Positions 61,405 through 64,000 of a stretch of DNA of 64,000 nucleotides are shown here, piece by piece. Made by a program: the position numbers and the translations under genes. The stretch is taken from positions 71,206-135,205 of the forward strand of contig JAEELI010000007.1 in the NCBI GenBank assembly GCA_016288795.1, given 5' to 3'. This stretch comes from Bacillales bacterium (GTDB lineage Bacteria; Bacillota_I; Bacilli_A; RF39; UBA660). The notes beneath the pieces were generated by a model. That model saw only the letters and a program-made list of their open reading frames with translations. It ran no database searches and had not been told where the DNA came from. Numbering within the stretch: the first letter of the stretch is position 1; every line of letters begins with the position of its first letter.

Positions 61405-64000
61405 TTATTTATGAATACAAGTCTTGTTTGACGTTGTGGTTGATGTTGTTTTGCAATAATAATCATCACTAGTATACGAGCGCCAACTGCTATTTATGCT
61501 AGAACAACTACTATATCTTGATTTACAACATATTCCTTTTCCGCCACATACAACACCATATTTACTGCCTATTCCTTCACACGCGCTATTTCCAGGATTA
61601 GTTGTTTGTCCACTTGCATATAATTCACAACTAGAATAAATATATGAACCGGATTGACAATAAGATCCTCCTGAACTATATTTCTTAGCTTTTCCAGTTG
61701 TGGTAGTTGATGTTGTTGTTCCACAAGCAGAATTTGCTGATTTTGTAACAGTAATACTTGCTTTATCCAAGTTTCCAGCAGCGTCTTTACAGCCAAGATA
61801 ATATGTTCCTCCTGCGGTAATTTCTTTTTCTAGCCCTGACGAACTTTTTACGGATGAAATGCTTGTTGTGGTTGTAGTATTTGAAACCGTTGGAGTAGTT
61901 GTTCCCCATTTATAAGCAACTATTCCTGATAATGAATCGCTACATTTTATTTTTACTGATGATTTGGCTGAACTTCCTGTCGTTTCTATTGTGAAATTGG
62001 TTATTGATGCCGATGGATTATCTTCATCGTATTTCAACAAATAAGTTGCTTCTGCACTACATAAATCTGCATCACCAGAGTTACATGCCTTTACATAGAA
62101 CGTTAATCCTGAAGATGTTGTATTAGTGCCTCTTGTAAATGAATCTCCTGTTTTAAGTTCTGAATTACTACTATTATATCTATAATATACTACACTACCA
62201 GGACCAGCACTAATAGTTGAACCTGAGAATGATAACGTAAAACTACTCTTATGCCAGTTTCCACTCGAGATTCCATCTGATGCTGATATTGTTGGTTTTG
62301 ATGGAGCAATTCTGACATTAACTGGTCTAACAGCAAAGATAGATCCTTCAGAACTTTTAAGATAAATATAAGCAGTTCCTCCACCTTTTCCAGTAATTGT
62401 AATACTCCAAGAGCCTGATGAACCCCCAACAGAACATGCTGCAATAGATGTATCTGAAGATGCGCAAGTAATATCTTCTGTTCTTGATGAAGTTAATGAT
62501 GTTGTGTCTCCTTTACTTATTGTCGTCGCTGCCAATAAATGCACAAATTCATAATTAGTTTTGCCTACAGCATCTTTTGCATATATTCTTATCCAATCAT
62601 CAGATTGAGTTGTTGCAGATATTGATTTAGATGCAGTTGCACTAAAGGTAGTTCCCCATGTTGATGGGACAGAGCCTGTATTCGTAGTGTTTCCTTGAAT
62701 ATCATAAGCAACTACTCCGGATGCACCATCAGAAACTGTTGCGCTATATTTTGTTCCATTGTGACCAATTACTACTATTGGTTTTGTTTGATCCATCTTC
62801 ATTACATAAGAAACTTCTGAACTACAAGCATTTTCTGTATCTAATGAGTTACAAGCCTTAACATAGAATGTTAATCCCGCCATAGCTGTATCCGCTGTCC
62901 TAGTAACAGAACTTCCAGTAACTAAATTTGAATTACCACTATTATATCTTATATATTTAACCGTTCCACTACCGTTAGATATGGTAGATCCAGAGAATGA
63001 TAAGGTTGTATCTGCTGTATGCCATTCACCACTTGCCTTTCCATCTGAAGCTGTTATAGTTGGTGCGCTAGGTTTTGCAATCTTGGTTGTAACATTTTTA
63101 ACCATATAATCGGAACCGTTTGTTGCTTGAGCTTTAACTAAAGCAGTTCCAACAGCATTTCCAGTAACTGTAAATGTCCAGGTTGACCCTTCTTTCTCGC
63201 CTACACATGTTGCAACAGATGTGTTCGAAGAAGGACATTCGGCAACTAAAGCTGCACCAGAGGTGAATGTTGCCGTTCCTCCAACCGGAACAGAAAGAGT
63301 GGTAACATGAACTCCTCTATATGATATATTACCAAGCTTATCTTTAGCGTGAACATAAACCCATCCACTAGTATGACTTGTTGATGATATTGTCTTAGAA
63401 GATGTTGCAGTAAATGCTGTTCCCCAATCAGTTGGTTCGTCTTTCGTTGTATTTATTACTAAATTTGTTATTCCCGATTGACTATCGGTCACAGTTCCAC
63501 TATAGGAACTACCGGTATGAGTAAGAACTATAGCAGGTCCTGAATTATCTAAATACATATCGGCGCTAGCAAGTCCTGCATTTGCTGCTAAAGTGCTTCC
63601 AGCTACGTCACTAATAGCAGCTTTATTACAAACATATAAACTTCCAGCTCCAGTTCCTGAACTAATTGTTACAGAACCTGTTGCACTCTTATTTCCTGAT
63701 TGTCTTGTTAACGTTGTTGAATCAGTCATATCAGCACATGCTACTGATGTTTTAGACCATTTATAATAAACTGTATAGGATGCTGAACCTAATCCTGAGG
63801 TTGCATCCGATAAAGTAATAGTTGCTGATTTTTCTTTCGCATATGTCGTTCCACTAGATACAGAGACACTTAATGCTGGTGCTACAGCATCTTTTTTCAT
63901 TGCATAAGATGCTGTTCCACTACATACAGTTGTATCTAATGAACTACATGCTTTGAAATAATATGTAACACCATCGGTATTTGCTGTTACCGAAGATGCA
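61405..64000 (-). CDS. second giant modular adhesin-like protein (5' end outside the window) with a paralogous Cys-rich cap ending KTCIHK
   Basis: The frame stays open upstream of the track's ATG (63900) to the window edge (..TYYFKACSSLDTTVCSGTASYA-MKKD..), completing another 'GEWH' module, so the true start lies beyond 64000. It has the same module set as 56765..61309. The last 21 nt of the two genes are identical (AAGACTTGTATTCATAAATAA). Confidence 0.88.
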   Translation of the reverse strand, partial: ASSVTANTDGVTYYFKACSSLDTTVCSGTASYAMKKDAVAPALSVSVSSGTTYAKEKSATITLSDATSGLGSASYTVYYKWSKTSVACADMTDSTTLTRQSGNKSATGSVTISSGTGAGSLYVCNKAAISDVAGSTLAANAGLASADMYLDNSGPAIVLTHTGSSYSGTVTDSQSGITNLVINTTKDEPTDWGTAFTATSSKTISSTSHTSGWVYVHAKDKLGNISYRGVHVTTLSVPVGGTATFTSGAALVAECPSSNTSVATCVGEKEGSTWTFTVTGNAVGTALVKAQATNGSDYMVKNVTTKIAKPSAPTITASDGKASGEWHTADTTLSFSGSTISNGSGTVKYIRYNSGNSNLVTGSSVTRTADTAMAGLTFYVKACNSLDTENACSSEVSYVMKMDQTKPIVVIGHNGTKYSATVSDGASGVVAYDIQGNTTNTGSVPSTWGTTFSATASKSISATTQSDDWIRIYAKDAVGKTNYEFVHLLAATTISKGDTTSLTSSRTEDITCASSDTSIAACSVGGSSGSWSITITGKGGGTAYIYLKSSEGSIFAVRPVNVRIAPSKPTISASDGISSGNWHKSSFTLSFSGSTISAGPGSVVYYRYNSSNSELKTGDSFTRGTNTTSSGLTFYVKACNSGDADLCSAEATYLLKYDEDNPSASITNFTIETTGSSAKSSVKIKCSDSLSGIVAYKWGTTTPTVSNTTTTTSISSVKSSSGLEKEITAGGTYYLGCKDAAGNLDKASITVTKSANSACGTTTSTTTTGKAKKYSSGGSYCQSGSYIYSSCELYASGQTTNPGNSACEGIGSKYGVVCGGKGICCKSRYSSCSSINSSWRSYTSDDYYCKTTSTTTSNKTCIHK
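62020..63543 (-). repeat. two tandem ~255-aa super-modules (head domain, Big_2-like domain, 'GEWH' module), with a further partial copy upstream
   Basis: Paired segments: GPAIVLTHTGSSYSGTVTDSQSGI / KPIVVIGHNGTKYSATVSDGASGV; SVATCVGEKEGSTWTFTVTGNAVGTALVK / SIAACSVGGSSGSWSITITGKGGGTAYIY; DGKASGEWH..LTFYVKACNS / DGISSGNWH..LTFYVKACNS. Confidence 0.85.

Noticed and set aside
61569-62444. Same-strand alternative-frame ORFs 61569..61796 and 62190..62444 inside the second giant gene
   Set aside because: These Q/L/V-rich peptides arise from frame-shifting the T/S/G-rich repeat codons. The main frame is continuous and shows conserved modules.
1-64000. Mollicutes-type genetic code (UGA = Trp), suggested by the very low G+C and DUF285 repeats
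   Set aside because: TGA terminates genes at family-appropriate lengths (for example the ATGA overlaps at 14477-14480 and 34641-34644). Long conserved ORFs (valS, priA, recD2) contain no in-frame TGA. Cell-wall genes (murF, ltaS) are also present.
1-64000. CRISPR arrays, IS elements or transposases, integrases, prophage modules, restriction-modification or known defence systems, rRNA genes
   Set aside because: I found no direct-repeat/spacer periodicity, no transposase, integrase or phage structural motifs in any frame, and no R-M, Cas or Abi signatures. The only repeats are in-frame protein-coding module repeats in the surface-protein genes.

Overview
Very AT-rich chromosomal segment (by eye about 25-30 % G+C) from a cell-walled low-GC Bacillota, probably Erysipelotrichia- or Clostridia-like. 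The standard genetic code applies: TGA is used as a stop, for example in ATGA gene overlaps. About 60 genes are tightly packed and all but three (lexA, ylbJ-like, yigZ-like) lie on the minus strand. The backbone is core housekeeping: asnS', hisS, priA, valS, xseAB, nusB, ltaS, rnhB, rbgA, lepB, rplS, trmD, rimM, lexA, alaS, recD2, tRNA-Ser(GCU), frr, murF, plsC, uvrC, plus three T-box leaders (His, Val, Ala). I found no CRISPR array, transposase, integrase, prophage or recognisable defence island. The non-ordinary content is a set of envelope and surface genes interleaved one by one with essential genes. (1) Three dispersed paralogues of a secreted protein family share a TasA/camelysin-like '..AYF..' signal peptide and N-domain but carry different C-terminal cargo (Cys-rich cap or DUF285/BspA LRR). 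One of them has a G8 tract exactly in its promoter spacer. (2) Two tandem giant modular adhesin-like proteins carry a Cys-rich C-terminal cap that ends in the identical peptide KTCIHK. (3) An orphan operon encodes three prepilin-like proteins without an ATPase, platform or major pilin. (4) A five-gene envelope-glycosylation-like operon is present. Several housekeeping-looking genes are unusual: a transketolase homologue that has lost all ThDP, Mg and catalytic residues; a PI3/4-kinase/HipA-like gene translationally coupled inside nusB-xseAB; a T-box(Ala)-controlled P-loop kinase plus C-Ala-less AlaRS bicistron; and an unannotated 50-aa membrane ORF divergent from lexA with LexA boxes. I cannot point to one self-contained novel system with confidence. 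The surface-protein family, the giant proteins and the pilin-like genes form the most plausible undescribed system.
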